In this document: piece after piece, positions 29,898-39,514 of the stretch | How positions within the stretch are numbered: the first letter of the stretch is position 1 | How the letters are laid out: each line of letters begins with the position of its first letter | Origin: a virus | Virus record (IMG/VR): IMGVR_UViG_3300009593_000014 | Location: 21,155 to 85,154 of that record | Strand: one strand, 5' to 3' | Length of the DNA stretch: 64,000 nt | Translations under genes and position numbers: made by a program | The notes under the pieces: model-generated | The model's database searches: none | The model's input: the letters and a program-made list of their open reading frames with translations, nothing else | What the model was told of the DNA's origin: nothing

Positions 29898-30893
29898 TTA
29901 CAAATCTAGATTCTCAACTATGCGTTCCGCAATTGAGTCCCACGAATGCTCATTCTGGATTATTCTAGCACCTCTTAGGGCTTTTGTTTTATGATCTAAA
30001 TAATCATCGGTAACTTCTTCCATCAAGGAAACCAGCATTTCATAGTCTGGCTTTATAGCTTTAGGAGCACCGCTACCGTAAGAGTCGAAATCAAGATCAA
30101 CCTCCGGCATGTAGTCTTCAACACTAACCCACTCTCCACTAAGTGGCATTGACAAATCTGCATACTCTGAGCATCCTGTCTCATTAGTGCAGATTGTTGG
30201 CATGCCTGTGGCTATTGCCTGAAAGGGGATCATTCCGAAGCCCTCTCCGGTTGTGGGGTAGACCATACAATGACAATTGTTATAAAGATTCACCAGAGAC
30301 TCTCTCTCTAGGTAAGTGTCTATAACTGTTATCTGAGGGTGTGGCATAGGCAACTTATTTGCATTACTTACTTTCAATATTAAGTGATAATCATCATTGC
30401 CTTCAAATAGTTCCAAGAATGCCTTAACAACAAGATCAGCATTCTTTCTAGGTAGCTCTCCACCTACATGTAAGAAATAGAACTTTTCACCTATCTCCCT
30501 ATTAACAACCTTCCAGTCTGAATGTATGCCATGAGGAACTACTTTTATAGGGACTTCTATTCCCATACTTTCATACACATCTTTACACCAAGATGATGTA
30601 GCCCATATCTGATCGCACTTCTCCATGTTGTACTTCCAAGTATCAGGTATGCTTGTATATTCCCAAGGAGTATAACCTACATTCTTTTTACCTATCGTCT
30701 GGTAGTAAAATGGAAGGCAGTAGTTAACATGCCAAGCAGTTCCTTCTGCATTCCATATAACTTTCTGACCTAGTTTTTCTAATGCTTCAAATAAGCTTAG
30801 AGACACCTCTGTATAGCCAGAGCTTCTCCATACTGCACCTGACAGGTCTGTATCCTGCGGTGTAAACCATGATATATCTTTTCTTAAACCCAT
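29898..30893 (-). CDS. GT4-family glycosyltransferase
   Basis: VPHG, RKN, GEGFGM.P.QA.A.G.P motifs. Confidence 0.85.
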   Translation of the reverse strand: MGLRKDISWFTPQDTDLSGAVWRSSGYTEVSLSLFEALEKLGQKVIWNAEGTAWHVNYCLPFYYQTIGKKNVGYTPWEYTSIPDTWKYNMEKCDQIWATSSWCKDVYESMGIEVPIKVVPHGIHSDWKVVNREIGEKFYFLHVGGELPRKNADLVVKAFLELFEGNDDYHLILKVSNANKLPMPHPQITVIDTYLERESLVNLYNNCHCMVYPTTGEGFGMIPFQAIATGMPTICTNETGCSEYADLSMPLSGEWVSVEDYMPEVDLDFDSYGSGAPKAIKPDYEMLVSLMEEVTDDYLDHKTKALRGARIIQNEHSWDSIAERIVENLDL

Positions 30894-31090
30894 GTAATAA
30901 TATCTACTCCTAGTTCTTCTAGTATTAAAGCATCCTCTTCAAGCATCCAGTACTGAATAGGTCTTCTGCACCACTGGCATCTAGTAACGCCTAAGTACTC
31001 ATCGTTGATCTCAATTACAGAAATGTAAGTTTCATCAATTACCGGAGTTGGTGGACAATCTACGCATTCAGCTAAGGCTATGTATTTCAT
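30884..31090 (-). CDS. Small zinc-ribbon protein
   Basis: Two CxxC pairs. Confidence 0.6.
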   Translation of the reverse strand: MKYIALAECVDCPPTPVIDETYISVIEINDEYLGVTRCQWCRRPIQYWMLEEDALILEELGVDIITWV

Positions 31091-31282
31091 TCTTCCTCTT
31101 TACTAGTATACTAGTATACTTAGTATATTTAGTAATGAAACAATATTGATTATTATTTTTAATGTTTAATATTGTTGTTTGAGGCAAGCCAGCATGCTAA
31201 GCAATTGATCCTACTAGTGATATTTTGATTTCGTGCAATAAAATTAATATTGTAACATAATTGTAATATTCTATTTTTTATC

Positions 31283-31513
31283 ATGAACGGTTTGAAAACT
31301 AAAATCACATGGTATACTTTTCTCATGGATACAAAAAGAATCGCAATGCTTGTTAGCTTTTGTTGGATGGCAGGACTGTCTTTAGTAGCATGGATAGCTT
31401 TAAAAATAAACGGTACTGTGGTAAACTACTTAAGTATACTGCTTCTAATCAATGTAGCATATATGTTTTGGGCACCTATAGGATTGATGACAGCGAAGCC
31501 TGACAAAAAATAA
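31283..31513 (+). CDS. Small membrane protein
   Basis: Two hydrophobic helices; true start may be the internal MDTKR. Confidence 0.55.
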   Translation: MNGLKTKITWYTFLMDTKRIAMLVSFCWMAGLSLVAWIALKINGTVVNYLSILLLINVAYMFWAPIGLMTAKPDKK

Positions 31514-31521
31514 GGAGTAAC

Positions 31522-31866
31522 ATGAAAATCACACCAGCAACAGGAGAGGATGTCTCGGAAGTTGAAGGTATGTCCCTTACAGTTAAGCTTTTGCCCGATC
31601 TAAATGGAGGCATTGTTCCTGTTTACTATATAGCATCTCCATGTGAAGATTTTGGAATATCTATCGACTCCCTCAGAGCGTTAGTTGCTGGTTTAGAACT
31701 TGCAGCAGACGGTGTGGACTCTATGATAACCAATCTGCTGTCCTCTTTCAGAGAAGCAGCAATGCAAGAATTTCATAACCTAGGACTTCCAGAAGGACCA
31801 GTAGAGATTGATAAAATAATTCAATTCATAGCTCAACTAGAGCATGATGATGAAGATAAAGAATAG
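31522..31866 (+). CDS. Hypothetical protein
   Basis: SD AAGGAG; 114 aa. Confidence 0.7.
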   Translation: MKITPATGEDVSEVEGMSLTVKLLPDLNGGIVPVYYIASPCEDFGISIDSLRALVAGLELAADGVDSMITNLLSSFREAAMQEFHNLGLPEGPVEIDKIIQFIAQLEHDDEDKE

Positions 31867-31878
31867 TCGGTTCAAGAA

Positions 31879-32190
31879 ATGAAAGACCAAGTAGAGTATG
31901 GATCAGGAAGGGTTTTTGGAAGGGTAATAAAAGACTTCCCATATAAAGAAAGAGACTGCGGGCTATGCGACAGAAGAATGCAGTTAGTAAACGCAATCCA
32001 CTCCGATCAAGACATCCACCACTACAAAGCAATCTATGTATGCGGATATGAAAACTGCCCTGCATTCGATTATGAAGGCAGAAAGGCGTTTGTAAAGTTA
32101 TACTATGCCTCAGAAGAGGCTTACAGCGTATTTGAAGATGTCCTGCTTCCGGTCTATGGACGCAGAGAAAAGACGGACGATGAAGACTAG
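31879..32190 (+). CDS. Zinc-ribbon hypothetical protein
   Basis: CxxC...CxxxxC. Confidence 0.65.
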   Translation: MKDQVEYGSGRVFGRVIKDFPYKERDCGLCDRRMQLVNAIHSDQDIHHYKAIYVCGYENCPAFDYEGRKAFVKLYYASEEAYSVFEDVLLPVYGRREKTDDED

Positions 32191-32403
32191 AGATGCGAAT
32201 GAAGATACCTTCAGGGCTTGAGCAGTTGTTTTGGACTTTCGTCCTGATGTTGCCAATCATGGCGTTCACTACCCTATATATGTTATGGGTAAAGTTTGGG
32301 TGTGACGCTTGTTCTTGAAATTACTTTTGGGATAATAAACCAATCAGAGCTATGATGTAATCACACCCTTAATAAAAGATATACAAGATGTCGCACAAGG
32401 GTC

Positions 32404-32655
32404 TTGGGAGTCAAATTGGATATTTTAAATATTTATGGTCTTATAGGGGTTGTAATTGCAAATACTAGTGCTATAATAATAGTGTACTTAAAAAACAAAA
32501 GAGCCAATTCCGAAAACTACGGTATAAAAAACGGTAGAGGAAATCTCTTTCAACAAGTCGGAAAGTTACAGGATGACATGGTAGAAATCAGGGAAGACGT
32601 AGCTGAAGTTAAAGGGGCCATGCGTGTACTGCTCTCCGACAAAGAAGCTAAGTAG
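32404..32655 (+). CDS. Holin-like membrane protein (TM plus coiled coil)
   Basis: N-terminal TM, NG motif, coiled coil IREDVAEVKG. Confidence 0.5.
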   Translation: MGVKLDILNIYGLIGVVIANTSAIIIVYLKNKRANSENYGIKNGRGNLFQQVGKLQDDMVEIREDVAEVKGAMRVLLSDKEAK

Positions 32656-32769
32656 AAATAAAAAAAGTTTATTTTATTGCAGCTGTATCGAGAACTAGCC
32701 GGAACCAGGCAAAAAATACACAATCCAGGTAGCTTTTTAAGATACTTCATGCTATACTTTCTAATAGAA

Positions 32770-32825
32770 AGTCCTGTGGGATATAGTTCAGCTTCGGCTC
32801 TACTGCTTACTCATGGGGCTTTTTG
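32770..32825 (+). terminator. Terminator-like long hairpin
   Basis: AGTCCTGTGGG/CTCATGGGGCT (G-U rich) with an internal C-TTCG-G loop, then a T-run. Confidence 0.55.
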
Positions 32826-32826
32826 C

Positions 32827-32856
32827 TTGACAAGATGTGCCATTTAAAGATATTAT
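32827..32856 (+). promoter_or_regulatory. Sigma70-type promoter
   Basis: TTGACA-N18-TATTAT, 9 nt upstream of the tRNA-like element. Confidence 0.7.
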
Positions 32857-32865
32857 CTATATATA

Positions 32866-32965
32866 GGGAAGTACTGTGTGTATGGGCCTCTTGTCGGTGC
32901 AAACAAGTAAGCAAGGATAGTTGATTCCATCTTAGCCTAGAGAAGTTCGATTCTTCTCCTTCCCA
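32866..32965 (+). tRNA. Atypical tRNA-like RNA (possible GCA anticodon, long variable arm)
   Basis: GGGAAG/CTTCCC acceptor and canonical T-arm GAGAAG-TTCGATT-CTTCTC; D and anticodon arms are irregular. Confidence 0.5.
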
Positions 32966-32969
32966 CAAA

Positions 32970-33263
32970 ATGAAAAAAGAAGATCTAGAAATCAAAGTTT
33001 GGATAGATCAAGACTTGTGCACCGGAGATGGGTTGTGTGCTGAAATAGCACCGGCAGTTTTTCAAATGCATGATGACGGACTAGCTTATGTAAAAGAAAA
33101 AGACTGGCCTACCATCTACGGACCAGACGGAGCGCCCAAAGGCGAACCTGCTCTAAAGATGGCTGAAGGGTTGGCTGTAGTAGAGTCTGAAGATGTAGAG
33201 GCAACCATTGAGTCGGCAGAAGAGTGCCCCGGTGAATGTATCTTTATTGAATTGATGAACTAA
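32970..33263 (+). CDS. fdx: Ferredoxin (actinobacterial 3Fe-4S-type)
   Basis: KVWIDQDLCTGDGLC..AP.VF...CPGECI. Confidence 0.9.
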   Translation: MKKEDLEIKVWIDQDLCTGDGLCAEIAPAVFQMHDDGLAYVKEKDWPTIYGPDGAPKGEPALKMAEGLAVVESEDVEATIESAEECPGECIFIELMN

Positions 33264-33293
33264 GCGCATCAATATTTTGATATACTTAATATT

Positions 33294-34424
33294 ATGTCTA
33301 TCAATGTTTACCCGATGAGGGATGATCTGCTCAAAGCCTTGACCGAAGGTCAGGCAATATATTGGAACTCATCAACCTACTCTCCAAAAGAGGGCTATGG
33401 TTACGCATACTATAAATACACTCAGGCATTAAACAAGTTAGGAATTCACTGCATAACTCAATCAGACTTTGCACCAGAGCTAATAGATCTCTCTCATATT
33501 GTCAAATACGAAATGCTGTACGATGAAGGTCTTGAGCCTCCTTTGATTAACCACTGCCTACCTGAAATGTACTTACACACTAATTCTTACAATATAGGAA
33601 TGACATACTGGGAGACAGACGCTGTTCCAAATCACTGGATAGATTTTATGTACCGAATGGATGAAATATGGACTTCATCAAAGTATGTAAAGGATGTTTA
33701 CCTAAAACAAAATGTAAACGAAAAGATATTTGACTTCAATCAAGGAATTGATCCAGAGATATATAAAGTAAATTTCAATGAACCAGAAAGAGAACAGTTT
33801 ACTTTTTTATCGTTCGGATCTCCCTCGTCTAGAAAGAATGCTCAATACACATACGATGCATTTATGGAACTCTTCGGGGGTGATGAAAGATATCATCTCA
33901 TAATTAAATCATCTGGACCTTCGGATGTCAGGAATATACAAGAAGGAGTAAACCTAGGTGCTGTAAAGAATAGCTCTCAAGTAACAGTAATTGAAGAAAT
34001 GCTGTCGGAAGAAGAAGTTGCTCAGCTATTAAGAAGCGTGCATTGTTTGGTGTACCCAACATCAGGAGAAGGGTGGGGATTGGTTCCCTATTCCGCAATA
34101 GCCAGCGGGACCCCTACAATATGTACCAACGCTACGGCGTGCGAAGAGTATGCCGAGCTATCAATACCAATAGACTACACATGGAAAGAGCCATGGCAGG
34201 CTGCCGGTGTCTATTCTCATGGTGGGAAGTGGGCAATGCCTGACTTAAATCAACTTAGGGAAAAAATGCAAAGCGTTACTGAAAACTACGATGCATACAA
34301 AAGCATGACTATTAGATCAGCACAGACTTTGCAAAATACACATACTTGGGATAGGGTTGCTTTGAAAATGGGAAAACATTTGGTAGACTCTGGAATTATA
34401 AGCCAAATAAAAGTAGGAAAGTAG
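33294..34424 (+). CDS. GT4-family glycosyltransferase
   Basis: RKN and GEGWGL.P..A.A.G.P motifs; paralogue of 29898..30893. Confidence 0.85.
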   Translation: MSINVYPMRDDLLKALTEGQAIYWNSSTYSPKEGYGYAYYKYTQALNKLGIHCITQSDFAPELIDLSHIVKYEMLYDEGLEPPLINHCLPEMYLHTNSYNIGMTYWETDAVPNHWIDFMYRMDEIWTSSKYVKDVYLKQNVNEKIFDFNQGIDPEIYKVNFNEPEREQFTFLSFGSPSSRKNAQYTYDAFMELFGGDERYHLIIKSSGPSDVRNIQEGVNLGAVKNSSQVTVIEEMLSEEEVAQLLRSVHCLVYPTSGEGWGLVPYSAIASGTPTICTNATACEEYAELSIPIDYTWKEPWQAAGVYSHGGKWAMPDLNQLREKMQSVTENYDAYKSMTIRSAQTLQNTHTWDRVALKMGKHLVDSGIISQIKVGK

Positions 34425-34431
34425 AAAAATT

Positions 34432-35613
34432 ATGAGCAACATTAAATGGCCCCTCATAAACAACACAATAGAAGACAATCAAAAGTCTATAATGGCTGAC
34501 TTCATTATGAACTCAGATCGCTTCACTCAGGGCGAAAAGGTTAAAGAGTTTGAAAAAAAATGGTCTAAGTGGCAAGGTGCAAAACATTCTGTATTTGTTA
34601 ATTCTGGAAGCTCAGCAAACTTAATATTACTAGACGCTATAAAAGAACTCTACTTTCCAGAGAGAACTCCAAACATACTAGTACCTGCATGCACATGGTC
34701 AACAACACTTTCGCCTTTAATTACTTTGGGCTACAATCCTGTATTTTGTGATGTAAGCCTTAGTGACTATGGTTTTGACGTTACTGGTCGAAGCAGCCAG
34801 CCGGGACATCGGGTTGTGAGTGAAGACATAGACATTATATTTTTTACCCATCTACTGGGGCTTCCATCAAACGTTTCTTTGATGAAAAGTCTTTTCCCTA
34901 ACGCAATGGTGCTTGAAGATTGTTGCGAGGCTCATGGTGCATTAGTGAATGGCAATAAAGTTGGAAACCATGGTCAAGGCTCTACTTTTAGTTTTTACTA
35001 CGGACACCACATGACAACAATAGAGGGCGGCATGGTGTCAACAAATAACGACATACTATATGATAAGCTACTAGCAAAAAGATCTCATGGACTCGCTCGG
35101 GAAACTGAGCAACTGAAGTCCGTTAGTAAAAATTATTCAGACATTGACCCGAGATTTCTTTTTTTAACAACAGGATACAATGTCAGGAGTACTGAATTAA
35201 ATGCGGTACTTGGAATACACCAGTTAGACGACCTAGATGAATCCATATCAAAAAGACGTTCAAATTTTATAACATTCCGAACCATACTTCAAGATATTGG
35301 TGACATGTTCTTGTTTCCCAAAACAATTGGGAATAGTTCTTTTGCACTACCTTTCATGTGCAAGGACGTAGATAAAAACAAGCTAGAGTCGTATTTGCAA
35401 TCTCAAGGAATTGAGACCAGACCATTCTTGGCTGGCAATATGCTTCGTCAACCTTTTCTACATTATTTAGATAATGATCCAAAAGACTATCCAAATGCGG
35501 AGTTTTTACATAATAATTGTTTCTACATAGGAAACAATCAACACATCGGACTAAAAGAACTAAACTGGCTGAATGGAGTGCTGCGTGAATTTTTTAATAT
35601 GCACAATAGTTAG
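34432..35613 (+). CDS. DegT/DnrJ/EryC1 PLP-dependent nucleotide-sugar enzyme (ColD/RfbH-like)
   Basis: NSGSSANL, EDCCEAHGA and SFYYGHHMTTIEGG (His in place of the PLP Lys, as in dehydratases). Confidence 0.88.
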   Translation: MSNIKWPLINNTIEDNQKSIMADFIMNSDRFTQGEKVKEFEKKWSKWQGAKHSVFVNSGSSANLILLDAIKELYFPERTPNILVPACTWSTTLSPLITLGYNPVFCDVSLSDYGFDVTGRSSQPGHRVVSEDIDIIFFTHLLGLPSNVSLMKSLFPNAMVLEDCCEAHGALVNGNKVGNHGQGSTFSFYYGHHMTTIEGGMVSTNNDILYDKLLAKRSHGLARETEQLKSVSKNYSDIDPRFLFLTTGYNVRSTELNAVLGIHQLDDLDESISKRRSNFITFRTILQDIGDMFLFPKTIGNSSFALPFMCKDVDKNKLESYLQSQGIETRPFLAGNMLRQPFLHYLDNDPKDYPNAEFLHNNCFYIGNNQHIGLKELNWLNGVLREFFNMHNS

Positions 35614-36292
35614 AAATCGTGCCCAACGACTACCTATGTGGGAAAGTCAACTATCAGAACTAACAAAAATGCGACCCGATGACTCTTTTGAGCTATCTGT
35701 TTACGAAAACGACTCAGATGATGATTCCTTGGCTACTTTGATGTCTTTTGGTTATGAAGGATTTGACGCTGTTCGTATAAAAACCGAAACACTTAACACA
35801 CCATATTTTGGAAGCGTTCAGGACTCAGAAAGAGTGCGACTGCTTGCCAATGCAAGAAACCAATGCTTAGACTATCACAATCTAAAGAAATTTGATAAAA
35901 TAATTTTTGTTGAACCCGATGTTGAATATAAGATACCAGAAGTGTTGGAAATAATTAACCTAGATGCTGACATAGCTTCAGGCAAGACAGTGACCTTCGG
36001 TTCAGATATAGTTTACGACACTTGGGCAACCAGACTAAACTGGCTAGATAAGGAATGGGACAACACATACACCGGATCAGGCTGGATAAAAGTATGGTCA
36101 ACATTTAATGGGTTCTGCGTATACAACGCCGAGCCGTTTTATTTACACAATGCAAGATTTTCAGGCGGGGATTGTGATACAGTACAGATATGTAAAGAAT
36201 TTCAAAACTTAGGGTATAGTGATGTTTACTTCAATATGGACATTGAAATACTTCACCATACTGACAGTACTGAATATCAAATAGGAATATAG
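35573..36292 (+). CDS. GT-A fold glycosyltransferase
   Basis: YENDS.D, LANARN, EPD and STFNG motifs. Confidence 0.65.
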   Translation: MECCVNFLICTIVRNRAQRLPMWESQLSELTKMRPDDSFELSVYENDSDDDSLATLMSFGYEGFDAVRIKTETLNTPYFGSVQDSERVRLLANARNQCLDYHNLKKFDKIIFVEPDVEYKIPEVLEIINLDADIASGKTVTFGSDIVYDTWATRLNWLDKEWDNTYTGSGWIKVWSTFNGFCVYNAEPFYLHNARFSGGDCDTVQICKEFQNLGYSDVYFNMDIEILHHTDSTEYQIGI

Positions 36293-36305
36293 AAATGAGG
36301 AGGAA

Positions 36306-37298
36306 ATGATAGATGGGTTGGCTTTACACCCCCGACACTTATCAGTCTGCTCTGGTATCGGGGGAATCGACCTTGGACTTGAAGCAGCACTCGGAATTCG
36401 CACCGTGGGTCACATCGAAAGGGACGCTTTCGCAGCGAGCATTCTCGTGGAGAGGATGGTTGAACAGACCTTGGATTTCGCGCCTATTTGGGACGATATC
36501 AAGACCTTCGATGGCTCAGGATGGAGTGGATGTGTGGACATCCTATCTGCGGGAATCCCATGTCAGTCTTTTTCGCATGCCGGTAACAGGAAGGGAACAG
36601 ATGACCCAAGATGGCTTTGGCCTGACGTTTATAGAATTAGTAAGGACTGCAGGCCGGGCCAGATCTTTATTGAAAACACACCGGGACTTGTCAAAAAAGG
36701 ACTTTATGAAGTTCTCTTCGATCTTGCCGAAATGGGGTACAATGCGGAATGGGGAGTGTTCAACGCAAGTGACGCATCCGCGCCCCATAGAAGACAACGC
36801 TTATTCCTTTTGGCCCACCACAGCGAACTCGACCTACAGCCATGGATTGAACAGGCCAGCGCTTGCACAGAGCTTAGATACAGTGCCATGGGCGACTCCT
36901 ACTGCGAATATCTGGAAAGAGACTGGTCCAAACATAGACTGGGATATGCGAGACCAGAACAGGATAACGAATTTAGCGGTTCAGGCAAAGCTATGGCCTA
37001 CTCCAATCACAGTGGACAGTTTAGGAGGCCATCGTCTGACCGGGAAAAACAAAGACGCAAAAAACATTGGTCTTTCTCTTACGGACGCTTCCCACCTGCA
37101 CGAAACGACGCAGAAGGATGGTCAAGATGGGTCGAACGAGGACTACCTAAACCCATCATTCGTGGAGGCAATGATGGGTCTGCCCATAGGGTGGACAGAC
37201 TTCGGACCCTTGGAAATTCAGTAGTACCACAATGCGTAACATTGGCATATACTGTATTATTAGATAGAATGTCTAGTGAACCACAACCAGTGAGGTAA
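36306..37298 (+). CDS. DNA cytosine-5 methyltransferase (alpha chain)
   Basis: SGIGG (I), GIPCQSFS (IV), ENTPG (VI), HRRQR (VIII) and LGNSV (X). Confidence 0.9.
   Translation: MIDGLALHPRHLSVCSGIGGIDLGLEAALGIRTVGHIERDAFAASILVERMVEQTLDFAPIWDDIKTFDGSGWSGCVDILSAGIPCQSFSHAGNRKGTDDPRWLWPDVYRISKDCRPGQIFIENTPGLVKKGLYEVLFDLAEMGYNAEWGVFNASDASAPHRRQRLFLLAHHSELDLQPWIEQASACTELRYSAMGDSYCEYLERDWSKHRLGYARPEQDNEFSGSGKAMAYSNHSGQFRRPSSDREKQRRKKHWSFSYGRFPPARNDAEGWSRWVERGLPKPIIRGGNDGSAHRVDRLRTLGNSVVPQCVTLAYTVLLDRMSSEPQPVR
36313..37224 (+). CDS. Overlapping +1-frame ORF: C5-MTase beta chain (motif IX)
   Basis: Nested 303-codon ORF with WPTT/WATP/WPTP repeats and LNPSFVEAMMGLPIGWT; true start uncertain. Confidence 0.7.
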   Translation: MGWLYTPDTYQSALVSGESTLDLKQHSEFAPWVTSKGTLSQRAFSWRGWLNRPWISRLFGTISRPSMAQDGVDVWTSYLRESHVSLFRMPVTGREQMTQDGFGLTFIELVRTAGRARSLLKTHRDLSKKDFMKFSSILPKWGTMRNGECSTQVTHPRPIEDNAYSFWPTTANSTYSHGLNRPALAQSLDTVPWATPTANIWKETGPNIDWDMRDQNRITNLAVQAKLWPTPITVDSLGGHRLTGKNKDAKNIGLSLTDASHLHETTQKDGQDGSNEDYLNPSFVEAMMGLPIGWTDFGPLEIQ

Positions 37299-37440
37299 AA
37301 ATGCCAAAAGTAAATACAAAGAAAAAAAAGCCAATCCTTGCACATTGCTTAAGGTGTGGATGGTATATTGGTAGAAAGATACTATCAAGGGACAACAACG
37401 AATGCCCGATATGCGAAGAAGAGATCGAGGAGAATTTTAA

Positions 37441-38085
37441 ATGGATGGAAGAATAGGGGCATACTTTAATTCAAAATTTGTAGAACTTATTGACCCTAGC
37501 CTTGTAAATACCATATTTGAATTAGGAGCAGGAGATGGGCTAGACGCTATTAAGCTGAGTGAGTTTTATGACGCTGATGTTTGTGGCTTTGAATGCAACG
37601 CCAACCTATTAAAAATATGTACAGATAGGATTCTTGATTTCGATAGGGTTCGTCTAGAGCCTCAAGCAGTCTGGAGCGAAACAAAGATAATACCTTACTA
37701 TCCAGTCATTAACGGAAACGACTCTGCTTCGTCTTGCTTCATGGCGGCTGATGCCTATCCATACGAACACTATATACAAGAAGAAACAACAGTTGAGGCA
37801 ATAGCCCTAATGGACTTCATAGATAGTACAGATATCAAACCAGACATGCTGTGCATCGATCTTCAGGGGGCAGAAGAGCATGCGCTCATAGGTATGGGAC
37901 AGTACTTGGAAGATGTAAAGTATATAATAACAGAAGGACAGACCTCCTGCATGTATCACGGAGCATCAACAATCTTTGATATAGGACACCTACTGACTCA
38001 GTGCGGTTTTGTAATGAAACACTCCGAGTCAGTAAACGAATGGTACGGAGATTATTTATTTGTAAACGAAGAGAAAGTGAATTAA
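37441..38085 (+). CDS. FkbM-family methyltransferase
   Basis: ELGA..G, FECN and IDLQGAE motifs. Confidence 0.85.
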   Translation: MDGRIGAYFNSKFVELIDPSLVNTIFELGAGDGLDAIKLSEFYDADVCGFECNANLLKICTDRILDFDRVRLEPQAVWSETKIIPYYPVINGNDSASSCFMAADAYPYEHYIQEETTVEAIALMDFIDSTDIKPDMLCIDLQGAEEHALIGMGQYLEDVKYIITEGQTSCMYHGASTIFDIGHLLTQCGFVMKHSESVNEWYGDYLFVNEEKVN

Positions 38086-38086
38086 C

Positions 38087-38419
38087 ATGGAAGATATAAC
38101 ACACCCAGAAAATAATAACATTTCAAGAAAAGACGGAAGTCAATTCTGGTATGAACTTAGCGAAGCCAATCCTGATGCCATTCTTTTTGATGGACCGGGC
38201 GATGATGATTTTTTTGATTCATGCATCGTAGGTTACGCTTGGAGAATAAATATGGAACCTGTTGTTGTTTATGATGAAGAAAAAATGATAGAAGTAATGA
38301 TGTTTGAAGGAGAGCTATCCTATGAAGAAGCAGTCGAATATTTATCTTTTAATACTTTTGGCAGTTGGTTTGGAGATGGAACTCCTCTTATATTGAGATC
38401 ATCAAAGAATGTACTGTAA
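38087..38419 (+). CDS. Conserved phage hypothetical protein
   Basis: VVYD..YEEAVEY..FN..G.W.G..TP pattern. Confidence 0.7.
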   Translation: MEDITHPENNNISRKDGSQFWYELSEANPDAILFDGPGDDDFFDSCIVGYAWRINMEPVVVYDEEKMIEVMMFEGELSYEEAVEYLSFNTFGSWFGDGTPLILRSSKNVL

Positions 38420-39165
38420 TGAAGGAAGCGGAGTTTTTCTTAGGCTGCCCCGAGCCTTATTGGTTGCGTAGAGATGATGTCACTGGTCCCTTCTTTGTGT
38501 CCAGACCGAGATTAGCAAGGCTTAAGAATCTTCATAAATCCAAACACAAATGGGCACTAGATTCAGGCGGGTTTACGCAGTTACATCAGCATGGGGCTTG
38601 GACAATCTCCTCGCAAGAATATGCCAACTTTGTAAAAAGATGTGACGACGAGATTGGCAATCTAGAATGGGTAGCGCCACAAGACTGGATGTGTGAAGAA
38701 ACAGCACTTCGTAAGAGTGGGTTAACCGTTAAGGAGCATCAAGATCGAACGGTTGATAACTTCTTAGATCTTAGACAAAAACTAGGCTCACTTGTTATTC
38801 CAGTCCTTCAGGGGTGGGATCGTGATGATTATCTAAAGTGCTGTGATTTATACGAGAAAGCCGGTGTGGATCTATCTTTAGAAAATGTTATAGGCTTAGG
38901 AAGCGTCTGCAGAAGGAATGCAGACAAAGAAATATCTGAGATAATCGACACTCTGCAGCCACTTAATCTTCACGGTTTTGGAATTAAAGGAAAATCCTAT
39001 GTAGACAACTACAATAAATTAGTATCTGCAGACTCAATGGCTTGGTCATTTACCGCTAGGCATTCAGATCCATTGCCCAACTGTAGCCATAGGAAATGCA
39101 GTTGGTGCTATGAATATGCAGACCTTTGGAGGGGTCGGATACTGAGTAGACTTGCGCCTGTTTGA
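38419..39165 (+). CDS. TGT/DpdA-like (deazaguanine DNA transglycosylase-like) protein
   Basis: LDSGGF, QDWMCE, PVLQG, GLGSVCRR, LHGFG and SADSMAW; C-terminal Cys/His Zn site. Confidence 0.7.
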   Translation: MKEAEFFLGCPEPYWLRRDDVTGPFFVSRPRLARLKNLHKSKHKWALDSGGFTQLHQHGAWTISSQEYANFVKRCDDEIGNLEWVAPQDWMCEETALRKSGLTVKEHQDRTVDNFLDLRQKLGSLVIPVLQGWDRDDYLKCCDLYEKAGVDLSLENVIGLGSVCRRNADKEISEIIDTLQPLNLHGFGIKGKSYVDNYNKLVSADSMAWSFTARHSDPLPNCSHRKCSWCYEYADLWRGRILSRLAPV

Positions 39166-39211
39166 TATTCGGTGTATCATTGCATAGCAAGAAAAAGGAA
39201 GGAAGTCTATT

Positions 39212-39514
39212 ATGAGTGATATTTGCCCAGAAAGTATGGAAAAACTAGTATTTGCTGGTGAATCAATTACTATCAAGCTTGACTTTTGGTTCGATTCCGA
39301 TCATTTTGATGACCAAGAAGAGGTTGATGAAGCTATAAGCTTCTGTCAGACAGGAGAGTTCGCATTCTGGGTTCAAGAAGCCGCAGATGCTCTGGTAGCC
39401 TCCGCTATGCACGAGTTTACGAGCACATACTCCGACTCTCCAGTTGCGAACTTGGAAAAACCATTAGGCATTACGATGTCTGCAGATATAACTTATGGCG
39501 GACCTCGTGATTAA
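39212..39514 (+). CDS. Acidic hypothetical protein
   Basis: SD present; stop overlaps the next start. Confidence 0.65.
   Translation: MSDICPESMEKLVFAGESITIKLDFWFDSDHFDDQEEVDEAISFCQTGEFAFWVQEAADALVASAMHEFTSTYSDSPVANLEKPLGITMSADITYGGPRD

Noticed and set aside
32866-32965. tmRNA or canonical tRNA-Sec
   Set aside because: Too short for tmRNA and has no tag ORF; no UCA anticodon and the acceptor stem is too short for Sec.
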